A stretch of 63,363 bases of DNA, the filler included, from Malacoraja senta (Eukaryota): assembly GCA_038087875.1 (NCBI GenBank). It is 4 parts of 4 records of this genome, joined end to end, with 100 filler letters (N's around TTAATTAATTAA, not from the genome) between each part and the next. Parts side by side here need not be neighbours in the genome. Positions count along the whole stretch, not along the records: positions 1 to 24,321 come from CM075992.1; positions 24,422 to 38,240 come from JAXLNO010000697.1; 2 more parts are not named here. The stretch is one strand, 5' to 3'. The notes under the pieces were generated by a model that was not told the DNA's origin, ran no database searches, and worked only from the letters and a program-made list of their open reading frames with translations. The stretch's first letter is position 1; the number at the start of each line of letters is the position of its first letter. The position numbers and the translations under genes were made by a program. Of the stretch, positions 14,540 through 27,915 are shown one piece after another.

Positions 14540-15240
14540 CAGAGGTGAAACTACGAGGGTGAATTATAGGGTAGCCTTTATTATGAATGGGTACAGTTGG
14601 TAGCGAGTTTTTCTGCAATTGTATCATGCTTTGTTGAGATCACCTGGAGTTTTACGGACAATTTTATTCTCCTTAACTATAAAGGAGTATAAGAGAAAGG
14701 TGGTATTGTAGCTCTGTTGGACTTTGGTCGGGCCGCATGTGGAGTAGTGCGTGCAGTTCTGGTCGTCCCATTGCAGGAAGGATGTGGAGGCTTTGGATAC
14801 GGTGCAGAAGACGTTTACCAGAATGCTGCCTGGATTAGTTTCAGCTACAAGCAGAGGTTAGATAAACAAATACTTTCTTTGATGCATCAGTGATTGAGGG
14901 AAAACCTAAGGAGTTTATAAAATTATTAGAGGAATAGATAAAATAGACAGTCAGAACCTTTTTTGTCAGGGTGGAAATGTCAAAGACTGGAGGACATGAT
15001 TTTAAGATCTGAGGAGTAAAGTTTAAAGGAGATGTGCAGGTCAAGTGTGGGTGCCTGGAACACGCTGCCAGAGGGGGTGGTGGAGGTAGATACAATAGTG
15101 GTGTTTAAGAGGCTTTTAGACAGGCACGTGGATATGCAGGGAATGGAGGGATATGGATCACATGCAGGCAGAGGAGATTAATGTGGCATCATGGGCCGAA
15201 GGGTCTGTTCCTGTGCTGTACTGCCCTGTGTTCCCTGTTC
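14540..15240 (+). mobile_element. Degenerate CR1 fragments
   Basis: gggccgcatgtggagtagtgcgtgcagttctggtc and 3' tail homology with the other CR1 copies. Confidence 0.75.
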
Positions 15241-17974
15241 TATCAATGTGTTTGCAATGGAGAGAGAGTGTTGAAGATTCTGCACATGTTCAATGTGTTC
15301 CATGTGAGGAGAGTGCGAAGAGACTGGGGCTGTGATCGCTGGAGTTTAGAAGAATGAACTGCACTATATTCCTCAATGGTTTGACTGGGTAGATGCAGGG
15401 AGGATGTTTCTGTTGGCTGGCAAGTCTAGACCAAGACATGTTCTGAGTAATAGATGTGGTGTTGAGGGCAGGGATGAGGATGGTGAAAGTTGAAACATTT
15501 GTTCCGGATGGGATGTGGAGGCTCGTTCATCGCGAGGTTCAACAGGTTTCTGAAGGTTATGCCAATCAAGGGGAGAGAGCTGGACCATGGAAACGAGGAG
15601 TTTAGCCATGATCCTCACCACCATTAGAGTGGCTCGAAGGCCCACCTGTTTCCCATGTCCTTATGAATGGCCTGTATTACAATGGACTGGAATGTGAAGG
15701 TGGGGATACCTGACCAGAACCGTATCACACCTGGCTAAGGTGATGACAGTCAAACTGTAATCTAAGACCATCAGACTTCTGAGTGTGATAGATGGAAGCT
15801 GAGGATTAGTGTTCCCTTTAGTTCCAAGTGGAACGGTCAAATATGGAACCAAATGAATGTCCTTCCCCAGGTATGTGGTGATGGGAGACCGTAATTTACA
15901 GATCGCTTGATGTCTGAGAACGAGACAAGGGTTGGATACAGATCACGGGGGCAACCAATGTTAGAAGGCTCCAAGGGGTTACGAAGGACCAATCCCATTG
16001 CTCTGTTGGGTAATAGCACGGTCCAATGGGCCGAATGTCTCTTTCTATACCAGTATCTATGGCCCAGGCTAGCAGATTAGAATGAATATGATCTGAAACA
16101 GTTCCCACTGTATTCATAAAGCCCAGCTCACAACTCCTGGCCTCTTGAGCAAGGAAACGACCATACTGTACAACTGAAACAGGATCAAGGTTTGACTGAA
16201 TTTTAGCGTTGGTGCCTTCACCTCAGGTTCTGGATGGGTCCTGCAAGTGGGCGGCCCAGTGTGACATTCTTGCCCTACTCACTAAACAAGTTTGACTTAA
16301 CTCTTGAGCAAACACTGAGAACTTCCGATGTTTTGAATCTACGGAATATTTTGTCTTAGTTCAAAACAGCGCCTCAATAACATTATTGCCTTGTGGACAT
16401 TTCCAGCCATCTGTTAATCTCCATTCAACGTAGAATGAATGCAATTGTTAATATCATATCATAGCAGGAGCAATGTCAAGTATTTTAGGACTTTCTTTGG
16501 CAAGACAATGAGATTTGCAACCCCAGGCACAACTCACTGCTGTTTCAGACAGCAACCATGTCTGTAAACTTCGCATCGCGGGAGAAGGCAAGGGAAGAGT
16601 TGGCCATCTCCACCACCAGGCAGTACCATCACCGCCAACCTGATCGCAGCATCAGCTCCACTTTGCTGCCCAATTCCTGCAACAACTGACTCCAATGTGG
16701 ACCAAAACCAATCTCCCTTGCACTGTATTCTGTGACCCAACCCCAACAGCTCTCCAGGGAAGAGAATTCCAAAGAGTCACAACCTTTGGAAAGAAATTCT
16801 TTCTCATCTCCATCATATTCTGAAGGTCCCGGATGCTAATTCTCTGTGAGAGGAAGCATGGCCCAACATCTACCCATCAAGCCCCCTTCAAATCTTATAT
16901 ATTTAAATACGTTCACCTTCTCCATCTTGCAAACCTTCTCTGAATCCAATCTTGCCTTGACATGAAAGGTTCTAAATCGTGCAGGCGTCTGTGGATGTTT
17001 ACTAGAGCTGGCAAAGTTCTATAGGGGGCAAGATTATGAGGAGACATAGAAGATGTCTACTAAATGATTTTACAAGATGACAGGTGGAAATTCAGAATTA
17101 AAACCGGGAATACTCAAAACACTCAGCAAGTCAGACGACGTCTGTGGAACGAGATCAGTGAATGCAACAGGTCAATAAAATTAATTGGAGCTGGAAAAGA
17201 GAGAAAACAGGTTGACTATGTTGTGGAGATGTGGAGATGGTGGCAAGAGAAGGGTGGGATAAAGGGTCACCTCTGACAGGGTGAAACGGAGTCAGAGATT
17301 TTGCTGAGATCAGAAACCAGAGGAGAATGCTTTGCATGTCGAGTAGTGTCCGGAGGGGAAATAGCTCAGGTGGAAATTCTTTCTGGTCACAGGCTAAATG
17401 CACAAGGTACGGTGATCCCATGCAGCTGCATCACCTGTGCATGCGTGAGGAAATGCACCTTGTTAAAAGGATAATTGGTGTGTTGATTAATTTACTTTTT
17501 TCACCCAAATTCTATATCTTACATTTTGGAATAGTGGCCTGTAAATTCCATCTGGAATTTCATTCACCTGATTGGCAGTAACATGGGCGTTCACATGGAG
17601 TGTGTGGGACATTCAGATTGACACATGCTGGTCACCAGTGCATGGGTAGCTGGTAAACAAGTAAAGACTGTACCAGCCATTGGTAATTGTAGGGCACTGT
17701 CTTAAACTAATCAGCAGGAGAGATCGCAGGGAGTGAGTAGTTTGGATTGTGGATATCTACGCAGATTAATGGTGCGGCCAAATTCTAGTTATCTTTCTAG
17801 ATTTGTTTATTATTGTCACGTGTACTGTGAAAAGCTTTTTTGTTGCGTGCGGGAAGACTGGACATGATTATAATCAAGCCGTCCACAGTGTACAGATACA
17901 GGATAAAGGGAATATTGTAATGTTGAAACAGGAATGGGATAAATACCAGGCAAGGCAACATCTGCAGAGAGATA

Positions 17975-18500
17975 CATAGATACATAGAAAATAGGTGCAG
18001 GAGTAGGCCATTCGGCCCTTCGAGCCTGCACCACCATTCAATATGATCATGGCTGATCATCCAACTCAGTATCCCGTACCTGCCTTCTCTCCATACCCCC
18101 TGATCCCTTTAGCCACAAGGGCCACATCTAACTCCCTCTTAAATATAGCCAATGAACTGGCCTGAACTACCCTCTGTGGCAGAGAGTTCCAGAGATTCAC
18201 CACTCTCTGTGTGAAAAAGTTTTTCCTCATCTCGGTCTTAAAGGATTTCCCCCTTATCCTTAAGCTGTGACCCCTTGTCCTGGACTTCCCCAACATCGGG
18301 AACAATCTTCCTGCATCTAGCTGTCCAACCCCATAAGAATTTTGTACGTTTCTATAAGATCCCCTCTCAATCTCCTAAATTCTAGCGAGTATAAGCCAAG
18401 TCTATCCAGTCTTTCTTCATATGAAAGTCCTGACATCCCAGGAATCAGTCTGGTGAACCTTCTCTGCACTCCCTCTATGGCTATAATGTCCTTCCTCAGA
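17975..18500 (-). mobile_element. CR1 3' fragment
   Basis: Near-identical to the reverse complement of 13950-14340. Confidence 0.9.
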
Positions 18501-18774
18501 TGGTGGCAGTCAGGACCCAGCTGGTAGGTTGCTCATGGAGACAGCATGGGCGGACGTTGGGCAGAATCCTTTGTACAATGACGCTGTGAATGAGAGGATT
18601 TAAACTTCATAGAAATTCTTCCTCTATTTAAGTTTTAGTCTTTTATACTTTTGAAGATAGAAAATTATGAGCGGCTTGGAGAGGGTAGAAAGAATGGTCC
18701 GATTCCCCTCTCGGCCGTTTCAGTTTCAGTTTAGTTTATTGTCACGTGTACCGAGGTACAATGAGAAGCTTAAC

Positions 18775-19040
18775 CATGGCTACATCTTTAGTATGATGGG
18801 TGGAAGGATTAGCAAGGAATGCAAAACAATTATTCCACACAACCGGAGGTGGGTGTTGGGATCTCATTGCCCTGGAGAAGTCGAGGGCAGAAACCATCCC
18901 CACAGTTCGACAGTCCCAGCGAGTCATAAAATGAGAGCTCAGAATCAGGAGCGATGGAAATAAGGTCTTTGCTGGTCAGTCTGGAAACAATGCTGTAAGT
19001 GTACTTCCTCACTCGCCGTTAGTGTGAGGGAAAACACAGC
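18775..19040 (+). pseudogene. Possible decayed MHC class I alpha2 exon (second copy, + strand)
   Basis: Contains ..RW then, after a frameshift, DLIALEKSRAETIPTVRQSQRVIK*E, compared with class I W/YDGxD(Y/F)I(A/S)(L/F)..V...Q..K.KWE. The length to ~19040 would fit an alpha2 exon. No splice acceptor is visible because a repeat lies at the 5' side. Confidence 0.22.
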
Positions 19041-20391
19041 ATTCATAAGTGAGTTCATAAATGATAGGGGCAGAATTTGGCCATTCGGCCCAAGAACTCT
19101 ACTCCCCAATTCATCTACCTCTCCCTCCTAACCCCATTCTTCTGCCTTCTCCCCATAACCTTACACCTGTATTAGTCAGGTGTACCGAGGTACAGTGAAA
19201 ATATTACACAGACCCACACACAGACCCACACACAGACACACACACAGACACACACACAGACCCACACACAGACCCACACACAGACCCACACACAGACCCA
19301 CACACAGACCCACACACAGACCCACACACAGACCCACACACAGCTACCCAGTCAACAGAAAGTCAGTAGTAGTCAGTCTCTCGGTATTTAACTCCGCGAG
19401 TATGCGGGGTGTTAGCAGACCCGATGGACCGAATGGCCTGTCCTGCACCTGTGGTAGCACAAGGGATGGTGAGTCTCAGGCACTGTTTAAAAATAAATCT
19501 ACAACTAAACAGTTATCTTTATCAGGTTAATGTCCAAATAAATAATGCCTCACATGGTTTCTGGAATGTTCTTCCCAGCACATACTGTAATTAGTGTTTT
19601 ATTCACTCAAGACCACAGGATAAATAAACCCATTTAAGCATCTCCGTCTTAATTTAAGGATGTAAGTGTCTGTGTGACAATTCTCTCTTATCTCAGCTTG
19701 AGACAAATTCTGCAATATTAAAATAATGCTTTTCTCAAATATCGAGATGAAAGGCTCCCGTTCCAATGTAGATCATTTATATTCAAATCATTTACCTTTT
19801 TTTAAATAAAGATAAATAGGAAAATAAAGGGAATCCGGTATAAACAAGCATTGTTTCAGCCCTGCACTGTACAGCAGACCCTTGCTGTTTGAAGGAAAAC
19901 AACTTCACTTGTAACAAAGACTTTGGAATTTACTCCTATCCTTTCCTTTACAAAATAAAAACACACAGAAACACTCTTACACACACACAAACACGTGCAT
20001 ATACACGCACACACAGACCCACAGACAGACCCACACACAGACCCACACACAGACCCACTCACAGACCCACTCACAGACCCACTCACAGACCCACTCACAC
20101 CTTCAAGGCACAAGTCAGGACTGTGATGGAACATTCTCCACAGAGTCATGAAGTGATACAGCGAGTAAACAGGCCCAACGTTCACCCAACTTGCCCACAC
20201 CGACCAACATGTCCCATCTACACTAGTCCCACCTGCCCGAGTTTGGCCCATATCCCTCTAAACCCGTCCTATACATGTACCTGTTGTGATAGATGCTGGA
20301 ATGGAGGAAGTCTGCAGGTCAGGCTGCGCTGGTGGAGGCAGGGCTTTGGGTGAAGATTGCAGGACTCTGCAGGAGACAAGTTTGGGCGGGG

Positions 20392-21410
20392 CTCACAGGT
20401 GGTGAAGCTCACAGGTGGTGAAGCTCACAGGTGATGACGCTCACAGGTGGTGAAGCTCACAGGTGATGACGCTCACGGGTGATGACGCTCACGGGTGGTG
20501 ACGCTCACAGGTGGTGACGCTCACAGGTGGTGACGCTCACAGGTGATGACGCTCACAGGTGGTGATGCTCACAGGTGGTGACGCTCACAGGTGGTGACGC
20601 TCACAGGTGATGACGCTCACGGGTGGTGATGTTCACGGGTGATGACGCTCACAGGTGGTGACGCTCACAGGTGGTGACGCTCACGGGTGGTGACGCTCAC
20701 GGGTGATGAAGCTCACGGGTGATGACGCTCACGGGTGGTGACGCTCACAGGTGGTGACGCTCACGGGTGGTGATGTTCACGGGTGATGACGCTCACAGGT
20801 GGTGATGTTCACAGGTGATGACGCTCACAGGTGGTGATGTTCACAGGTGGTGACGCTCACAGGTGGTGATGTTCACAGGTGGTGACGCTCACAGGTGGTG
20901 ATGTTCACAGGTGGTGATGTTCACAGGTGGTGACGCTCACAGGTGGTGATGTTCACAGGTGATGACGCTCACAGGTGGTGATGTTCACAGGTGGTGACGC
21001 TCACAGGTGATGAAGCTCACGGGTGGTGAAGCTCACAGGTGGTGAAGCTCACAGGTGGTGACGCTCACAGGTGGTGACGCTCACAGGTGGTGACGCTCAC
21101 AGGTGGTGATGTTCACAGGTGATGACGCTCACAGGTGGTGACGCTCACAGGTGGTGACGCTCACAGGTGGTGACGCTCACGGGTGATGAAGCTCACGGGT
21201 GGTGAAGCTCACAGGTGGTGAAGCTCACGGGTGGTGACGCTCACAGGTGGTGACGCTCACAGGTGGTGAAGCTCACGGGTGGTGACGCTCACAGGTGGTG
21301 ATGTTCACAGGTGATGACGCTCACAGGTGGTGAAGCTCACAGGTGGTGAAGCTCACGGGTGATGACGCTCACAGGTGGTGACGATCACAGGTGATGACGC
21401 TCACAGGTGG
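20392..21410 (+). repeat. 16-bp minisatellite (tcacaggtggtgacgc)n, about 64 copies
   Basis: Direct reading; variants are cggg/cagg, gat/ggt and aagc/acgc/atgt. Confidence 0.97.
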
Positions 21411-23599
21411 TGTGGTTACTGTAGCCTGTGACCTCAGGCAGCTTGAACCTCTGGAGTCAGTGTGTGTGTTGGTTTATGCGAATCCCATCCATCTGTAGCA
21501 GATCCCTCATGAGTGACCACACTCTCCCCTTACACAAGCCACCCCACATTGTTCAGACAACTGAACCACAGTTGGTAAATTTGTTGGCTTCTGTAAGGTG
21601 CCCGTGGCTTGTCGTTGAGGGGTGGAGTGTGTGGGAGAGTTGATGGGAATAAGGGGAGAATTAAATGGGATTAGTGTAGCACTGTTGTAAATAAATGGTC
21701 AGTATATGCTCAATGGGCTGAATGGCCTGTTTCAGTATGAGGTGACCCTATATAATCCTACATCTGCACTGATTCCATCTCAGAATCACAGACCTGAAGT
21801 CTGTAATGAATTTCCACATTAGAGGCTCTTGGGATTGGAATAACTGATCTCTTGACAGACTGCGTTTCCGACGGATAAACTGGAATAAAGGCTTTTAAAA
21901 AGTCTGCCATCAATTATTCAATCAGATTGAAGCCAGCAAGGGGAGAGGTCGTCCTTTACCGATGAGTGTTTCAAGCACCCAGTCAACTAGCAAAATAAAG
22001 CCAGGCAAAAACTCCTATTGGCCGCTCTATGACACACGCCATTGGCGTCCCTGTGCCGCGCTGCCATTGGCTGCGTTTCATTCACCTGGTGCTTCTGTCC
22101 AATCGAACCATGGAACCTTTTATCATTGAGCACCAGAACAACTTCTACCTGTGACTTCACAGGAGATGATGCATGTGGTCTGTGTTATCATGCTCACCAT
22201 AATGTCTGAAGAAGTGTCCCGACAGAAAATGTCACCTATTCCTTCTCTCCAGAGATGCTGCCTGTCCCGCTGAGTTACTCCAGCTTTTTGTATCTATCCA
22301 CTATAAAGTCTACATTGGTAGAGCTCAATAAGACAGATGTGGTGATTCATTTTTTCCCATTCACTTGTGCAGTGGTCGAAGTATTTGTGAGCACTACTCA
22401 GCTGGCCACTGTGCTGGTCCCAGAGGCAGGGAGTGGCAGGTTGTACACTCCAACCACACTCTGGGTAAACAACATCCTTCTGGTTTCCTTTGCGGCAGTC
22501 TCATATTTTCAGCACAAGTTCTGATCTTCCCTATCAAACTGGATATAACTCTGATCATCTACCCAATCAAATCCAACCATCAATTAAAGACTTCCAATAG
22601 ATTGCTCTTCAATCTTCTTTTCTAGAGAAATAAAAGCCTTTGCCTGTTCTGTTTTTGCAGCTGTCATAATTTGGCATCATCCCTGCAAACCTTTCAGCAT
22701 TATTTTAGCGTGGAGATTCTGCATTGGGCTGTTAGCACTGTAAAATGTCCCAATAGATCTAATAATGTTCTCAGGGTTGTGGCCCAAACTGCATCAGGAA
22801 ATGTAAAGAAATGGCCAAAGGTTCGGTCGTGACTTTGGGAGAGGCGTTAATGGAGGGGCTTCAGAGGCTCAGTGATTTGAATGTGAGACTTCCAATATAT
22901 ATTGATAGATTTAGAACAGAGCTGAATTGTTAACATGTTTAGTTCCATACATCCATGTATATCTGACCATCAGATGCCACCTCCTGGGACAGATTGGGCC
23001 TGTGGTCAATGGATACCATGTGAAATTCAGGTTCAATTTTCCATCCAGCCAGTCCCACCCGTGGGATGTGAAACCCTAACCCTAACCCCAGAGACCAGGT
23101 TCAATCCTGACCTCCAGCACTGTCAGTGTGGAGTTTGCATGTTCTTTCCTCTGACTCTGGGTGCTCTGGGTTCCTTCCACATGTGGGTCTGTGGGCTACT
23201 TGGCCACTATGAATTACCTTCAGTGTATTGATGAGTGGAATATGAGGGGAGCTGATGAGGATATAGGGAGAAAGAAAAAATTGTGCTAATGGAAGATTGG
23301 TGTAAATGGATGCTTGATGTTGGGATGTACTCGATGGTGGTGAAGTGCCTGCTTCTGTGCTGTATCTCACCGACTCTTCATCATCACCATGTTTGAATGA
23401 TATGTAACGCTGTTGGCAATACACAAATATAAATGCAGGCAGGTGGGACTAGTGTAGCTGAGACATGTTGGCCGGTGTGGGCGTTGGGCCGAAGGGCCTG
23501 TTTCTGCGCTGGATCGCTCTATGATAGACTGACGTGTTGGGCTTCACTAGTTCACATTTCATTCAATTTCCACATTGACAACGTGGATAAATTAATAGA

Positions 23600-24321
23600 A
23601 GGTAGACAAAATTGCTGGAGAAACTCAGCGGGTGCAGCAGCATCTATGGAGCGAAGGAAATAGGCAACGTTTCGGACCGAAACCCTTCTTCAGACTGATG
23701 TAGGGTGGGTGGGGGGTGGGTGGTGGGAAGAAGAAATGAAGAGGAGGAGCCAGAGGGCTGAGGGAGAGCTGAGAAGGGGAGGAGGCAATAAGGGCTACCG
23801 GAAATTGGAGAAGTCAATGTTCATGCCTTTGGGGTGTAAACTGCCCAAGCAGAATATGAGGTGCTGCTCCTCCAATTTCCAGTGGTGTTCACTCTGGCCA
23901 TGGAGGAGGCCCAGGACAGAGAGGTCGGATTTGGAATGGGAGGGGGAGTTGAAGTGCTGAGCCACCGGGAGATCAGATTGGTTATTTCGGACCGAGCGGA
24001 GGTGTTCGGCGAAACGATCGCCAAGCCTACGCTTGGTCTCACCGATGTAGATCAGCTGACATCTAGAACAGCAGATGCAATAGATGAGGTTGGAGGAGGT
24101 GCAGGTGAACCTCTGTCGCACCTGGAACGACTGCTTGGGTCCTTGAATGGAATCGATGGGGAAGGTAAAGTGACAAGTGTAGCATCTCTTGCGGTTGCAT
24201 GGGAAAGTGCCCGGGGAGGGGGTGGTACGGGTGGGAAGGGAAGAATTAACCAGGGAGTTACGGAGGGAGCGGTCTTTGCGGAAAGCAGACAGGGGTGAAG
24301 ATGGGAAGATGTGGTGAGTGG
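23600..24321 (-). mobile_element. Penelope-like element 3' fragment
   Basis: Same GIY-YIG motifs (23795-24121) and the same tail as the 9480 copy. It runs into the gap. Confidence 0.92.
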
Positions 24322-24421
24322 NNNNNNNNNNNNNNNNNNNNNNNNNNNNNNNNNNNNNNNNNNNNTTAATTAATTAANNNNNNNNNNNNNNNNNNNNNNN
24401 NNNNNNNNNNNNNNNNNNNNN

Positions 24422-24555
24422 TCTTTCTTAAAGATTAAAAAAGTGAAGCGGTACAAAAAATGTATTAATATATACGTGTTGTACATTACTGTAATCTACC
24501 GTACTTCTAAAAAATAAAAAATAAAAAAAAAAAAAAAAAAAAAAATAAAAAAAAA
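24422..24555 (+). mobile_element. L1 3' terminus with poly(A)
   Basis: Resembles the 3' end of the full-length L1 (tgtaat..gtacttctaa..aataaa, then long poly-A) immediately after a gap. Confidence 0.55.
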
Positions 24556-25945
24556 AATAACCATAACAGCACGGAAACAGGCCATCTCGGCCCTTCAAGT
24601 CCGTGCCGAACATTTAAATTTTTTTTTTTTTTTTAAATTAAAAATAAATACTTCCCCCTGGTCCCATCTACCTGCACTCAGACCATAACCCTCCATTCCT
24701 TTCCCGTCCATATACCCATCCAATCTATTTTTAAGGGATAACATCGAACCTGCCTCCACCACTTCCACTGGAAGCTCATTCCACACAGCTACCACTCTCT
24801 GAGTAAAGAAGTTCCCCCTAATGTTCCCCCTAAACTTCTGTCCCTTAATTCTCAAGTCATTTTCCCTTTGTTTGAATCTTCCCTACTCTCAATGGGAAAA
24901 GCTTATCCACGTCCACTCTGTCTAACCCGCTCATAATTTTAAAGACCTCTATCAAGTCCCCTTTTAACCTTCTGCGCTCCAAAGAATAAAGACCTAACTT
25001 GTTCAACCTTTCTCTGTAACTTAGTTGCTGAAACCCAGGCAACATTCTAGTAAATCTCCTCTGTACTCTCTCTATTTTGTTGACATCCTTCCTATAATTA
25101 GGCGACCAAAATTGTACTCCATACTCCAGAATTGGCCTCACCAATGCCTTGTACAATTTTAACATTACATCCCAACTTCTATATTCAATGCTCTGATTTA
25201 TAAAGGCCAGCACACCAAAAGCTTTCTTTACCACCCTATCTACATGAGATTCCACCTTCAGGGAACTATGCACAGTTATTCCTAGATCCCTCTGTTCAAC
25301 TGCATTCCTCAATTCACTACCATTTACCGTGTACGTCCTATTTTGATTTGTCCTGCCGAGATGTAGCACCTCACATTTGTCAGCATTAAACTCCATCTGC
25401 CATCTTTCAGCCCACTCTTCCAAATGGCCTAAATCTCTCTATAGACTTTGAAAATCTACTTCATTATCCACAACACCACCTATCTTAGTATCATCTGCAT
25501 ACTTACTAATCCAATTTTCCACACCATCATCCAGATCATTGATGTACATGACAAACAACAGTGGACCCAACACAGACCCCTGAGGCCACTAGTCACCGGC
25601 CTCCAACCTGACAAACAGCCGTCCACCATTACTCTCTGGCATCTCCCATTCAGCCACTGTTGAATCCATCTTGCTACTCCACCATTAATACCCAACAATT
25701 GAATCTTCTTAACCAACCTTCCATGAGGAACCTTGTCAAAGGCCTTACTGAAGTCCATATAGACAACATCCACTGCTTTACCCTCATCAATTTCCCTAGT
25801 GACCTCTTCGAAAAATTCAAGAAGATTAGTCAAGCATGACCTTCCAGGCACAAATCCATGTTGACTGTTCCTAATCAGACCCTGCTTATCCAGATGCTTA
25901 TATATATTATCTTTAAGTATCCTTTCCATTAATTTGCCCACAAAC
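24556..25945 (-). mobile_element. CR1 fragment (second subfamily)
   Basis: QHGF..GRSCLTNLLEFF, DFSKAFDKVPH, LVRPILEYGVQFWSP and RGNFFTQRVV motifs. Confidence 0.92.
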
Positions 25946-27584
25946 GTTATCACCCTCCACAATAAGTGTTTGAAAGCAAAATCAGCTCATGTGGCTCAAG
26001 TGACTGAGTGTGTAAACAGTGCACACACGAGAGTGAGCTGAGTGGAACTAGACTCATGATGCTGCTTCAGAGGACAAGTGGCAGTGTAGGTCAGTCAGCG
26101 GCAATGAATGAATGAATCATTCTCTTCCTCCCCCAATGATTCTGAAGTGAAACGGGAAAATACATCTAATGCAGAATTTCATCCCAATCTGCAGCAGGAG
26201 GGGGACCTTGATACTTCTAACCATTTATGATTTGCTCTGCTGTCGCTGGAGAGTCAGCCACTAATTTATTTCAGATAGTTTCTATCAATTACTGAAACGC
26301 CTCAAAGTCTTCACTGGAGCACAGTCACACTAAACTGACACTAGTCTGTAGCCATTTTGCTACAGGTATGTAGTTGCGTACTGGCCAGAACAGATATGAT
26401 GACACATTCCCTTCCATGAAGTGCAGCAGTGTCACCACCAACGGAAGTGTTTTATGTCAGAATGCATTTATTAATAAAATTGAAATTCCCAGATCATGGG
26501 TTGGAATTTTGAGCTCATGTCACCAGATCGACAACTTCTGGATTGACATTTACTGTCATTCTTCATTTCAAGGAGGAGAGATGCGGGGGATGAATCTGCT
26601 GAGTCTGCTTTGGTGCTTGTGAGCAACACTGCAACGTGACACAGCAAGTGGTACAAAGGTGAAAGGAGTGCAGGCTTATGAGTGCCCAGAGTTGGAAGAA
26701 TGACACCTTTACAGAAGGTTGTGTTTGTGGTGAAGGTTTCAGAGATGGTGAGACACATGGTCAGAGTAAGACTGCGATATCAGCATGTGACATTCTTAAA
26801 CAGAGGGAATCCCAGGCTTGGCCTACAAGGAGAAAAGTTGCTTTTCTCATTCATGTTGCTCAGTATTACTAATTGATGCTGCAGGGCTTCCAAGCAAAGC
26901 ACATATCAAATTGTGCCCCTGTAATGTACCAGCTGATCATGGTGATGGGAAAGAGAGTCAAATCCCAGTTGACGGCTCCTTTGTTCTGGGTTTTCTTCAG
27001 TCAAAACACCCAACCTGCTATTTAACACGAGTTTTTCTGCTATTCTGTTTTCAATAATCTAGCCAGTGTATAGTTTGATCTGCCATTGGTCAGTCTTTTG
27101 CAATAAATCTAGCCAGTGTATAGTTTGATCTGCCATTGATCAGTCTTTTATGTGATGACATAAACATCTTAAAGTTCTTTTATAAGACACCTGTTTGGAT
27201 TTCTGCCCTGGCTTTCCATAAAGAGCATGTCCCAATTCCGCAATTTTGATACAATGATACAATTTATTTGTTGTCATTTGAACCTAAGTTCAAACGAAAT
27301 TTGGTTTCTGCAGTCATACAAACAAGTACAAAGAACCAAGACACAACACAATTTACACACAAACATTCATCACAGTGAATCTCCTCCTCACTGTGATGGA
27401 AGGCAAAGTCTTGTCTCTCCCCTGCTCTCCTCATTCTCCTCCCGATGTCAAAGTCAAAGCCCCCAGCGGGCGCTAGCAAGTTCCGCGGCCATTTTAAGCC
27501 GCGCTGTGCGATGTAAGGCCCCGCTCCAGGTCATTTTCAACCCTGCAACTCGGGCGGGAGAAGTTGCCGTTGAGGGAGTTCCGA

Positions 27585-27873
27585 AAAAAATTTCTGCGAC
27601 TACCGGCACCCGTCATAGTAACCGAAAATTTTCAACATGTTGAAAATCCAACGGTGACCAGAAGACTCTACGACTCTTTGGGCGACTGAGGAGACTACTC
27701 ATGACCATACTGGCGACATGTCGCGGGGTGAAACCTGTATGGTCGTGAGTAGTTGCCAAAAGAGTCCTACCTTGTTCTGGATTTTCAACATGTTGAACAT
27801 TTTCGTCCACCTGTAACGACCAATAACGGGTGCTGGCAGTCGCTGAAAAAGTCGCGTAAGTGGGACAGGCCCT
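27585..27873. mobile_element. Palindromic MITE (TIR aagtgggacaggccc at 27858-27872)
   Basis: Nested inverted repeats: gcgactaccggcacccgt/acgggtgctggcagtcgc, ttttcaacatgttgaaaatcca/tggattttcaacatgttgaa and actcatgaccatac/gtatggtcgtgagt. A related element lies at ~50130-50460. Confidence 0.7.
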
Positions 27874-27915
27874 TGAGGAAGAGGGTCTCACATCTACTTT
27901 GCTCCTCTTTTCCAG

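Noticed and set aside
15660-16120. Unique GC-balanced stretch with a faint Ig-V-like flavour
   Set aside because: Stops in all frames, and no conserved Cys/Trp spacing could be established.
17280-17406. Open 127-bp AG..GT-flanked segment (…CFACRVVSGGEIAQVEILSGHRLNAQG)
   Set aside because: Only vague similarity to an Ig or alpha1 C-terminus, wrong size and phase for an MHC exon, and no recognisable family.
24367-24378. TTAATTAATTAA islands inside N runs (also ~38285-38297 and ~56362-56373)
   Set aside because: An identical palindrome with stops in all six frames, centred in fixed-length gaps, is a scaffolding linker and not biology. It marks joins that need independent support.
27371-27395. 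Paired CACAGTG...CACTGTG heptamers (also ~58519-58551)
   Set aside because: Both lie in copies of the same retroelement tail and have no nonamers at 12 or 23 spacing.
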